The notes: generated by a model not told the origin, from the letters alone. Positions 1 through 8,793 are shown, counted from the first letter of the stretch. The stretch is DNA of 10,986 nt from Tubiluchus corallicola (GCA_030141605.1 JAQGDQ010002020.1:1-10986); one strand, 5' to 3'. Numbers and translations: made by a program.

Positions 1-387
1 CGTGAAGTTCACGATGTCATATGTCATTATTTTTTATTATTATGTCATATGTCATTATTTTTGTTCATTATGTCATATTATTGTAGTCTCTGGTTAAAAC
101 ATTAAAAATCCCACACAAGAAATTTCAGCTGTAAAATAAGTCTATTTCTTCATATACAGTCTAAACTTTTATCCTTGAACTATGTAGTATGCATAACATT
201 TACCCTTCATAGATTGCTGGCTTCCTTGCTTCATAGAAAACTTACCTAGGCAGTTGGCTGTCAGAGAGCATAGAATCAACATGTGCTGTGGATAATTTGT
301 ATGACTAACTGATTTGTATAAATAAACTCACCTGTGTTCTGCAATATACTGATGTCTTAGCTATTTTACCTTTAGACATTTTTCACA
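1..387 (+). repeat. 5' LTR (first 3 nt, presumably TGT, lie outside the window)
   Basis: Aligns to 4786-5173 with 6 substitutions and one 1-nt indel (manual count). Ends ...TTTCACA immediately before the TGG of the PBS. Overlapping TATAAA/AATAAA at 317-326. Confidence 0.96.
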
Positions 388-398
388 TGGTGCCGAAA
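388..398 (+). promoter_or_regulatory. Primer-binding site complementary to the 3' end of eukaryotic tRNA-Phe
   Basis: TGGTGCCGAAA directly abuts the LTR and is the reverse complement of ...TTTCGGCACCA, the 3' end of metazoan cytosolic tRNA-Phe(GAA) (11-nt match). Confidence 0.85.
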
Positions 399-458
399 TT
401 CTTCATTTTATACAAGTTTATAGAACCAAGGGAAATTATGCTAGGACTTTATTTGAAA

Positions 459-580
459 GGAAAAAAAATCAGTTTGATATCTACAAAGCTACAAACCAGG
501 TGATACAGTTGCTCTGCTTGGAAAAGAAATCAGTTTGCTTGGTATAAGCCTGCAAACCAAGTGATACAGTTACTCTGTTC
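459..580 (+). repeat. Two diverged 61-nt tandem copies in the 5' leader
   Basis: AAATCAGTTTG at 466 and 527, GTGATACAGTT at 500 and 561: constant period of 61. Confidence 0.8.
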
Positions 581-666
581 CTGTTTATACTGAGTGCTAA
601 ATATATGGACAGTATTGGTGCTTCTAATTTGGAATCCAGACGACTGCAAGTTAACCTTGTTTGAGT

Positions 667-3600
667 ATGGCCACCACAACAACCACAAGCGACAAGACTA
701 TGCTTTATACGCCGCCGTGGGAGGGTGAACCTAAAGGTCATGACATAAGGACTGGACAATTATTCCAGCCAATACAACCAAACAAGGACTCATCAAAGCA
801 AGGAGTGACCATTATGGACCATGGTTCTAAGGACTCAGACGACGAGGAACCGGACTATGAGCAGCAACTACATATTCCAGCTACCCCAGCACATGGAGCC
901 ACCCCAACAGCTGCAACTGGAGCAATTCCGAAGATGGTTCCAGACAAAGATCCATTGCATGGACACCAGCTGGAGGTGAAGATACTGATCCAGAACCTGA
1001 AAATAAACTCACAGCTTTATGGTGAGGTGGTTTTCACATGTACTACATTGTTAGACTTAGAATTTGACAAATGTATTGCTAATTATCAAAACTTTGTTGA
1101 CAGATGTAATGCTGCAATTGCTGATTTGAGATTTTCGACTGAAAAGCTCACAGAGTTGTATGACAAGCTATCATATATTTATTGTAGTTCAGATGATAGT
1201 TCCCATTTGGATGAAGTTAAAGAATTTCTTGCTTCACAAACTACATTGAACAGAAATTTGTCTGAACTTAGTTCTAAGATTGAAGCCAGAATTAGGTCAT
1301 TAGAAACCTGTCACTTGAAGGTCAGTGAACCTGTACCTGTAGTATCAAGCACACCTGTTTCTGCTGTGCCCAATATAACATCACAGCTAAATGCTGTGAA
1401 CGTCAGTCATGCAAGCACTGTGTATACTAGATTACCTGTAGTATCAAGCACACCTGTTTCTGCTGTGCCTAATATGACATCACAGCTAAATCCCTGGAAC
1501 GTTAGTCATGCAAGCACCGTGTATACTAGATTGCCAAAATTTAAATTGCCTTCCTTTTCGGGGGAGGGTGATGATGATTTTGAAGAATTTTGGAGTGTTT
1601 TTAATGATGAAATACACTCAAGACCCGATTTAACGGATAGTAAAAAGTTCAATTACTTGTTGGGCTGCTTGAAAGGGAATGCATATAGAATTATCAAGAC
1701 ATACCTTAGAACTGCCAATAACTATCCTGCTGCTGTTGGTCACTTGATGAAACGCTTTGGCAGAACTGACCACATGGTGACAAATTATCTGAAACAACTT
1801 GACGACATTGAACCCGTCAAAAACAATGCCAAAGATTTACGAAGGTTTCTTGATGACATAGAGGTCATTATAAGGTCATTGACAGTGTTAGGTCGTCCAG
1901 TCGATGATCATTACATTGTCTCAGGCATTCTTAAGAAACTTCCCATAACTATGGGTTTTCAGCTTAGAAACCTTTGTCCAGATGCTACTCCTGGTTCTAA
2001 TTGGCAATTAGAGAGATTAATAGATACTATGTATCGATATGTTAACAACTTTGAGATTTCTACTAATGAGTGTGGGCTTCAAAGCCTTAAAGAAATTTCA
2101 AAGAAACCCATTAGTAGAAACAATCACAGACCAGCATCTGTTCAGATTAAAGAAAGTGTACTTACAGCAGGCGACAGTACATTCCCTCTATACAATGCAG
2201 TTGGCAACGATGACATGGCTTGTAACTCTGAGTTATCTCTCACTACATTTGCAGCTGAAAAATCAAAACATGCTAAAAGTTACAAACCAAAAAGTTCAGA
2301 AAGAGTTACTGGTAATGGTAACAATAACGACAAGGCAAAGAGGTCACAGAATAACCGCATTAAAATGCCTTGTCTATATTGTGACAACCGAAACCATTCT
2401 TCAGGCTTTTGCAACAAATTTACCATAGTGGAAAAACTGAAAGTAGTAGAAAAGCGTAAACGTTGCAAAGTCTGTCTTTCTAGTAAACACACTGAGGTTG
2501 ACTGCAAATTTACATGTTTTGTGTGCGGCCAAAAACATCATGTTTCACTTTGTGACAAAGTTGAAAACAATAGAATTGTCGAGGCAAAATTAGAACAAAA
2601 TTTACTCAGTGACACTGTCATGTTTAACTCAGAAACAGAAGCTGTACTTATGCAGACAGTTTTAGTGAGAATGTGTCACTCTGATGTTCCTAATAATTCT
2701 AAATCAGGCATTACAGTTAGAGGTTTGATGGATACAGGTAGTAATGGCACATACATTACAGAGTCATTAGCAAAAAAGTTAAATCTGAAATTGGAAAATC
2801 CTAGTTATGTGAATGTTTCTACATTCGCTTGTAAAGGGTATGTTCCTGTACGATGTCATCAAGCAAAGGTTGCATTGTTTGGCAAAAATAATTCTACTAG
2901 AATTAATATCGATGTTCGAGTAGTCCCGTTTATTGCAAAATTCAGAGGTCGCCCCTCTCTTCCAGCCCAAGTGTACTCAAAACTTAAGCCATGGGAGGGC
3001 CTACTTGCCGATTCTCTTCCTGATGGGAACCTTGAAGGTGATGTGCAGTTATTAATTGGATGTGATAACTACCTCAAAATTCTAGGAGCAGAAAAACAGG
3101 AAGTGTCACCCGGCCTCTTCCTGTATGCAAGCCTTTTAGGCTATATACTTACAGGGGTAGTTGAAAAAACAGACACCTTGGCGAACAATGAATCTATAAT
3201 TTGTTCAGAAAACTCATTATTTTGTCTTCAGCCTGAGCTTGATTGCACATTAACGGATTCATTACTGAATAGTAGTAGTACATCAAGTTGCTCCAAATCT
3301 GAGATACATCAAACAGGTCCAGTGTCTGTAACTGATAACTATCAGACAACACGACCAGATGTTTCGCCTGTTTCCAGTTCAGTTTATACACTGGCTTCAG
3401 AAGAGACGTCCCAAATACAGTCAGAAATACCCCCTAAAAAGGAAGTACTCTTTGAAAGTGGGTGTCTTATTTCTGACATTGTCACATGTCATAAAGCTGT
3501 TGGTAAAGTTATTAATATTAATGACTTTTCCTTTCTGGATTGGCTCTTATTTCTCATTGCATTCATGTTTAGAGCCATAAAAGTTTTCATGTATGGAATT

Positions 3601-3816
3601 AAATTTCCATTTAAAATCATGTGGCTATCTTTGACACAGTATGCATATACAGAAATCAGAAAGCCAAACTCTATGAAAAATGTTGTAATTATTCCGTCAA
3701 ACGATAATGATGTAATTCTGATTACTGATTTAAACTTACCACGTGGATCCTGCAAATGTCGGAAAACTTTCCACTTGTATCGAATTGTTTCTATTGAAAC
3801 CCAAGATCCACCTTAA
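667..3816 (+). CDS. BEL/Pao Gag-aspartic protease polyprotein with fused remnants of the pol C-terminus (1049 aa from ATG 667)
   Basis: RLPKFKLPSFSG...EEFWSVFNDEIH...KKFNYLLGCLKG (DUF1759-type Gag). Knuckles CLYC-4-H-4-C, CKVC-4-H-4-C and CFVC-3-HH-3-C at ~2371-2553. Protease LMDTGSNGTYI (Asp at 2731) with LLIGCD and LLGYILTG. Tail ININDFS..WLL..IAFMFRAI resembles the post-RNase H linker and DVILITDLNLPRGS resembles the DUF5641-like integrase C-terminus. Confidence 0.9.
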   Translation: MATTTTTSDKTMLYTPPWEGEPKGHDIRTGQLFQPIQPNKDSSKQGVTIMDHGSKDSDDEEPDYEQQLHIPATPAHGATPTAATGAIPKMVPDKDPLHGHQLEVKILIQNLKINSQLYGEVVFTCTTLLDLEFDKCIANYQNFVDRCNAAIADLRFSTEKLTELYDKLSYIYCSSDDSSHLDEVKEFLASQTTLNRNLSELSSKIEARIRSLETCHLKVSEPVPVVSSTPVSAVPNITSQLNAVNVSHASTVYTRLPVVSSTPVSAVPNMTSQLNPWNVSHASTVYTRLPKFKLPSFSGEGDDDFEEFWSVFNDEIHSRPDLTDSKKFNYLLGCLKGNAYRIIKTYLRTANNYPAAVGHLMKRFGRTDHMVTNYLKQLDDIEPVKNNAKDLRRFLDDIEVIIRSLTVLGRPVDDHYIVSGILKKLPITMGFQLRNLCPDATPGSNWQLERLIDTMYRYVNNFEISTNECGLQSLKEISKKPISRNNHRPASVQIKESVLTAGDSTFPLYNAVGNDDMACNSELSLTTFAAEKSKHAKSYKPKSSERVTGNGNNNDKAKRSQNNRIKMPCLYCDNRNHSSGFCNKFTIVEKLKVVEKRKRCKVCLSSKHTEVDCKFTCFVCGQKHHVSLCDKVENNRIVEAKLEQNLLSDTVMFNSETEAVLMQTVLVRMCHSDVPNNSKSGITVRGLMDTGSNGTYITESLAKKLNLKLENPSYVNVSTFACKGYVPVRCHQAKVALFGKNNSTRINIDVRVVPFIAKFRGRPSLPAQVYSKLKPWEGLLADSLPDGNLEGDVQLLIGCDNYLKILGAEKQEVSPGLFLYASLLGYILTGVVEKTDTLANNESIICSENSLFCLQPELDCTLTDSLLNSSSTSSCSKSEIHQTGPVSVTDNYQTTRPDVSPVSSSVYTLASEETSQIQSEIPPKKEVLFESGCLISDIVTCHKAVGKVININDFSFLDWLLFLIAFMFRAIKVFMYGIKFPFKIMWLSLTQYAYTEIRKPNSMKNVVIIPSNDNDVILITDLNLPRGSCKCRKTFHLYRIVSIETQDPP
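1336..1533 (+). repeat. In-frame 99-nt (33-aa) tandem duplication in Gag
   Basis: PVVSSTPVSAVPN(I/M)TSQLN(AV/PW)NVSHASTVYTRL twice, at 1336-1434 and 1435-1533. Confidence 0.95.
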
Positions 3817-4253
3817 TCAAATCTACCTGTAAAATCAGAAGCATTAAAGATTTTGTAAATAAGTTTTGCATTGTTTAGTATTGCTATTGTTGTTAACATC
3901 ATTTGAATAACTTGTTGTTGTTATTGTTAACACTGTTTGAATAGCCGCTTATTAATTTGTTAAAATATTACTTACCTGAGTTACCTTATACTTACCTTGT
4001 GCACAAAACGTGCTCTTTGTTATAAACCTGAAAAAAAAATGATAGAAATGTTATTGATAAATTGTGTGATAGACCATGTACAGCATAACCTACAGGCGAA
4101 CCAAGCAAATGCTGTACAAACTTTATCATAAACACAAAGAGTAACCAATGCTCGATGTCATTGCTTATTATACTTGCTAATAGTAATAGTACTTGTGCAT
4201 GTCCTCGGTTAGCAATCCACTTGTAATTTAAATCTAACGATTGATAAATCGTG

Positions 4254-4375
4254 TGCATCCTAAATCGATGCCCTTTGTTACGAATTTGCATCCTAAATCG
4301 ATGCCTTTGTTACGAATTTGCATCCTAAATCGATGCCCTTTGTTACGAATTTGTATCCTAAATCGATACTTTGTA
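4254..4375 (+). repeat. 32-33-nt tandem repeat (~3.5 copies) in the element's 3' non-coding region
   Basis: TAAATCGATGCCCTTTGTTACGAATTTGCATCC at 4261, 4294 and 4326, plus a partial copy at 4359. No spacers. Confidence 0.95.
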
Positions 4376-4774
4376 CTCAAATCGTCATGATGATTTTATA
4401 ATCTAGAGATTGAATGTTATTTGTAGTGAAACTCAATAGAGAAATATCAAGTTTATAGTTAAGTTGTGTGTAATGAAACTTGTTACGAATGTAGCGTGAT
4501 AATTATATACAAAATTACTTTGAAATTTAATGCCACTATTAAATTAGATTAAAAAAAAACTTACCCTCTTTGTACATAGCGCAAATACTCCGTTTTGCAA
4601 TGGTGTGATTCGTATTTATCCACGGCGCCCAAACTGGTTGGTGGCGCCATCTCGTACTTAAGATGTTAGATGTTATTCTTAAAATGATTAAGAAATGTAA
4701 CAAATTTATTTCTTGTAAAAGTTAAATGACTTAAAAGGTTAAAGTATCAAATAGTTTGTTATTTCCAACTTCCT

Positions 4775-4782
4775 GGTCGGAG
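4775..4782 (+). promoter_or_regulatory. Short imperfect polypurine tract before the 3' LTR
   Basis: GGTCGGAG directly precedes the TGT of the 3' LTR. The position is right but the purine content is modest. Confidence 0.5.
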
Positions 4783-5173
4783 TGTCGTGAAGTTCACGAT
4801 GTCATATGTCATTATTTTTTATTATTATGTCATATGTCATTATTTTTGTTCATTATGTCATATTATTGTAGCCTCTGGTTAAAACATTAAAAATCCCACA
4901 CAAGAAATTTCAGCTGTAAAATAAGTCTATTTCTTAATATACAGTCTAAACTTTTATCCTTGAACTATGTAGTATGCATAACATTTACCCTTCATAGAAT
5001 TGCTGGCTTCCTTGCTTCATAGAAAACTTACCTGGGCAGTTGGCTGTCAGAGAGCATAGAATCAACATGTGCTGTGGATAATTTGTATGACTAACTGATT
5101 TGTATAAATAAACTCACCTGTGTTCTGCAATATACTGATGTCTTAGCTATTTTACCTTCAGAAATATTTCACA
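4783..5173 (+). repeat. 3' LTR (391 bp)
   Basis: Begins TGTCGTGAAGTTCACGA and ends TTTCACA, where identity to the 5' copy stops. AATAAA at 5107-5112. Confidence 0.96.
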
Positions 5174-5505
5174 TTTGCGTCGCTCGCACACCAAACTATC
5201 CCTCAGCACCAACTAAGCGACTTTGACGAGTTTACACAACAACTATATAAACTGCGCAGGCCACTATGCTAGTTCGACCATCGCAATGTGAAGAGTTTAG
5301 GCGCAAAAACCGATAAACGGCATTTCTGACGAAACTGAACCAAGTGTACCGCTTCCGTTTTTTCCAAAACCCGATATAACCAGTCGGCCAATAAGCGCGC
5401 GCCATTCAGACAAAATGGCAGCGCCCATGTTTGTTGTTTAATCGCTCGCCTTACGCTAAAATCTCTTCAAAAGGTCTTCAAATTTAGCCCTACAGTACAG
5501 AAACA

Positions 5506-7240
5506 ATGGAGGATTTTGATGAAATTGATGAGCCGGCGAAGTTGTCGCCAACTTGGCGCAAGAAGAAGCGCAATCCGGCTAATTCTGCGCGTGCTGTGGT
5601 GAAGAGACGGCAGCATAGTGCTGTCGGTAAAATCCCCTGTGTGTCATGTGCACACGATCAGCCTATGTGTAGGGCGTCAGAGGTGATTCACTTGCATGAA
5701 CGGCTGTACGCTAAGCCAGACAAGGTCAGTCAAGATGCTGTGCTGCTGTCGTACATGAATGTCCAAAAAGTACAGCGACGAAGGCACAAGGTTGATGACC
5801 CACGCCAGCAGAGAGGCAGAGAGATTGACGTTAAGTACTTTGTACTGAAGGAAAATAAAGACAAGCTTCCTGTATGCAAGACTTCCTTCCTGAGTATATT
5901 TTGTGAGTATTTTTCCGACATTTTACAAAATTTTATTTATTGGATAATCTAATTATTAATGTTCATTTGGTTTGTAAAGCTGGTACTATAGTGGTAGATA
6001 CAGCCTGATCTACTCTGGACTTGAATAATAATAGCTGTCGTTATGAAGTTAGCCTCGCGTTAGATTTTAGTGGAAAATTGTGTAATTCGCTTGTTTGACG
6101 TCGGCTTAAACAGCATGGAGATTTACTTAGAAAGTAAAGTGAAGTGTTGATTTGGCTATAGTAAAAAAAAACAACTAAGAAAAGAAACTTATATTTGCGT
6201 AATTTTGCATGTTTTGTTTATGAGTAAATTATCACTGTATTCATGATCATTCTTTCTAATTTCAGGTGTTGGCAAAGATCGTTGGCAAAGGTACGAAAAG
6301 GGAGTGGCTCGTCCGGAGAATCGGGGTGGTGCACGGAACGTTGATGCCAATAATGAAAGAAGGGTAGCTGTTCGGCAACACATCGAAACATTCACTGGTC
6401 GTGCGAGTCATTATGCACGCCGAGGTGCACCTGGTCGTAAGTACTTGCCGATGGACCTCAATGTGAAAATGCACGAGTTGTTCCATGAGCGAAACCATGC
6501 ACAAATTTCATACGCCTTCTACTACAGCGTCTTTTCTTACGACTTCAATTTGGGGTTCGGCCACCCGGCCAAGGATGTCTGCAGTACCTGCGTGAAGTTC
6601 CGTCTGCAACTCAAGGACCCGGAGCTACCAGATGAGGAGACGCGTCGTGTGTCTGCGATGTACCTGCTACATCGTCGTCGTGGACGGAAGTTCTATGACC
6701 TGATGAATGCCGTTGGTGATTCATTTACTGTGTGTTTTGATGTTATGGAGAATCTTGTGCTGCCCAAGTCTCCGATTGGGCAGACGTACTACTCAAGGCA
6801 ACTCTATCTGTATGTTTTCGGTGTGGTGCTCCATCGTGGGCTCGGCCAGCCACAGGGAAAGGATGACATTAATCTTTTTGTTTGGTTGGAGAACCAGAAT
6901 TGAAAGGATAGCAACATGGTGGCGTCTGCCTTACGTCACTACTTCCAGAATGTAGTGCACGAGGACCTTCTGCAGTACCGGACTCGTGTTATGGACAGAA
7001 CAAAAACATAAATGTGCTCTCTCCATGCTTTTCGCTATGAGGAAGCAGAAATTCCAAAACTTGAAAATTGAGTTCAATTTTCCCACCAGAGGACACAGCT
7101 TCTTACCCGCAGACCGTGTTTTCGGGCGAATAGAACAGGATATTCGTAGGAAAGAAACTATTCTGTTGCCCTCAGAATACATTGATATTCTAAGAAAGCA
7201 TGGGACTGTCCATGTCTATGGGCAGGACTGGGAATCCTAC
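5506..7240 (+). pseudogene. Sola-like DDD DNA transposase, two exons (5506-5902, 6266-~7240), disrupted and 3'-truncated
   Basis: Spliced product reads VCKTSFLSIFC|VGKDR...ENRGG...HIETF...SHYAR...YL...FNLGFGHPAKDVCSTC. Catalytic-type motifs: FDVMENLVLP (D 6739), DSCYGQNKN (D 6981, shifted frame) and GHSFLPADRVFGRIE (D 7112). Lesions: TGA at 6901-6903, a frameshift near 6980 and an extra CT near 7020. The Sola assignment is from recalled motifs. Confidence 0.75.
5903..6265 (+). other. GT-AG spliceosomal intron (363 nt, phase 1) in the transposase
   Basis: Donor T|GTGAGT at 5903, CTAAT branch-like motif and TTTCAG|G acceptor at 6265. The intron is AT-rich, and its removal joins the 5506 and 6304 ORFs in frame. 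Confidence 0.85.
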
Positions 7241-7600
7241 GCAGAAATTTGTCTCACATGTTTGATCAACTTACCCCAAGTACATGTTCAACACTCTTGG
7301 GGTATGATGATCAGTCTGACAAGACTTTTTCAGATGGTCATTAGTAGAAATTTGAGCAAGAAGTAATTGTTCTAGCTACGTGTTTAATTTCATAATAACA
7401 CTATATTAATAGTTTATATAAAACTAATATTGTTAGTGGTTTTATCTACAATAACTGCAGCAAAATCCAAAAAAGTGCTCATCTTACCCCGCCCTCCCCA
7501 ACCACCAAAAGACAGCAGATTACAAAAGACGCCATATAAGAGAGAAGTTGTATTGCATAGCACTCCCAATATAATCCATTTTCTTGATGAAAACGAGACA

Positions 7601-7682
7601 GATAAAGTCACTACAAAACGGAAGACAACCAATTACGAAAACAATTTTGACAGCAGTTCGTTAATATCATGTCCACCGAAAG
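7601..7682 (+). repeat. Dispersed repeat copy A (paralogue of 8659-8743)
   Basis: GATAAAgTCACTACAAA...GAAAAC...GACAGCAGTTcGTTAATATCAT...CACCGAAAG shared with copy B. Confidence 0.85.
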
Positions 7683-7686
7683 CTTG

Positions 7687-8090
7687 TGGAATGAATTAAA
7701 ATCAGATAATATCTCAGACCTCATAATTAAAGATAGACTCAGCCAATTACTCCTTAAGTATGTAGATTGTTTTTGCAGAAGATCCCATTGACGCCCCGGG
7801 AAACACAGAAATTCAATTTAAAATAAGAATGAGAGATTACACACCTTACCATGCGAAGCCATACTCAATACTTCTCCAATTTTATTAGTCCACAGATGGT
7901 GGCAAACGTTTATGTGTTGACCCACGGCAAATTAATTCAAGGACCATACCTGATCCATATCCGCAGCCTAATATTGAAACTTTGTTTAAAGAATTGAAGG
8001 GAGCAAGTATATTTTCCTCTTTAGATATGACTAATGCATATTTTCACAAACCAGTTGAACCAGAGAGTCAACACAGGAATTTTTCACTGA
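7687..8090 (+). pseudogene. Gypsy/Ty3 pol fragment (pre-RT linker and N-terminal RT), frameshifted and deleted
   Basis: Across frames it reads LLLKYVDCF / AEDPIDAPGNTEIQFKIRMRDYTPYHAKPYSI / SPILLV / DGGKRLCVDPRQINSRTIPDPYPQPNIETLFKELKGASIFSSLDMTNAYFHKPVEPESQ. These are Metaviridae RT motifs. It stops before YxDD. Confidence 0.9.
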
Positions 8091-8110
8091 ATACAATTTC
8101 CAAGAGAAAC

Positions 8111-8210
8111 ATTTTGTCAAATCAATGCTTTTTGATAAAACAATTTTACCAAATCAATGTTCTTTAAAAAAGCAATATTTTCTAATAATAAAGCAATATT
8201 TTCCAATAAA
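8111..8210. repeat. AT-rich degenerate short tandem repeats
   Basis: CAAATCAATG twice about 32 nt apart, and AAAGCAATATTTTC.AATAA twice about 21-22 nt apart. Confidence 0.6.
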
Positions 8211-8658
8211 TAACTTTAACTTTATTTATTTGTTCCTTTGCATTTTATTATTTATTAAGACACCCTTCTGTGAACAATAGATATAACATGAAAAAGGATG
8301 CCGCCAGCCAATAAAAAGCAATCCTGTTGACTTTTCAACACACCGCAGCGCATCGCTAACAGCATACATGTTCATAGCTATTATTATTATTTTCATAAGC
8401 TTTTGCAAAAGATGTTCTATTAAAATTTTTATATATTGGTCCAATATATACGAAAAATAATCTACCTTGCACAGAAGGTGTAAACATTAATAAGCACGAT
8501 GTGATTAAATAATACTGTAAAATATAAACTGTGATTATTACTAACACTATCAAGATGATTATTTTACTAATAAAAATTTCATCACAACAGTTTCTCCCAC
8601 ATCTATTCAACGATATCTGTTTGCAGAGCTTGTACCTTGTGAGAGCTTGGAAGGTTTT

Positions 8659-8743
8659 GATAAAATCACTACAAACGTCGCAGACGGAACCGATTATGAA
8701 AACGTTTTCGACAGCAGTTTGTTAATATCATATTCACCGAAAG
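8659..8743 (+). repeat. Dispersed repeat copy B (paralogue of 7601-7682)
   Basis: Translates DKITTNVADGTDYENVFDSSLLISYSPK, versus DKVTTKRKTTNYENNFDSSSLISCPPK for copy A. Confidence 0.85.
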
Positions 8744-8759
8744 GTGGTCAGCTTTAATA

Positions 8760-8793
8760 TATAAAAGAGCTATGAGTAAAATGTTCATCACTT
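8760..8793 (+). promoter_or_regulatory. Candidate Pol II core promoter (TATA box plus initiator)
   Basis: TATAAAAG at 8760-8767 and Inr-like TCACTT with its A at 8790 (30 nt downstream). The ATG follows at 8813 in an ACAATG context. Confidence 0.5.

Larger units (their letters stand above)
1..5173 (+). mobile_element. BEL/Pao (Belpaoviridae) LTR retrotransposon, internally deleted and non-autonomous (Gag-PR only)
   Basis: Direct repeats 1-387 and 4783-5173 with TGT...ACA ends, a PBS right after the 5' LTR, and a single ORF with DUF1759-type Gag, three zinc knuckles and a DTG protease. No YxDD RT, RNase H or integrase core motifs are seen. Confidence 0.93.

Noticed and set aside
481-3755. Short alternative-frame and minus-strand ORFs overlapping the Gag-PR ORF (481-759, 2039-2428, 2280-2507, 2779-2970, 3194-3391, 3359-3580, 3489-3755)
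   Set aside because: Shadow ORFs of a long coding frame with no motifs.
667-3816. Domesticated host gag gene (Arc/PEG10-like)
   Set aside because: It is still flanked by near-identical LTRs with a PBS, so it behaves as a recent mobile element rather than a fixed host gene.
3992-4291. 99-aa minus-strand ORF as an antisense accessory gene
   Set aside because: It starts inside the minisatellite, has no recognisable motif, and its length is compatible with chance.
4254-4375. CRISPR array (33-nt repeats)
   Set aside because: Units are head-to-tail with no unique spacers, there are no cas genes, and the context is a eukaryotic LTR element.
5174-5178. Target-site duplication (TTTGC) of the BEL element
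   Set aside because: The left flank is outside the window, so it cannot be verified.
5174-5505. Terminal inverted repeat of the Sola-like transposon
   Set aside because: No matching inverted copy was seen downstream. The right end appears deleted, so the boundary cannot be placed.
5730-7182. ORFs 5730-5921, 6189-6395, 6262-6504, 6707-6955 and 6931-7182 as separate genes
   Set aside because: They overlap the transposase pseudogene in other frames and are explained by it.
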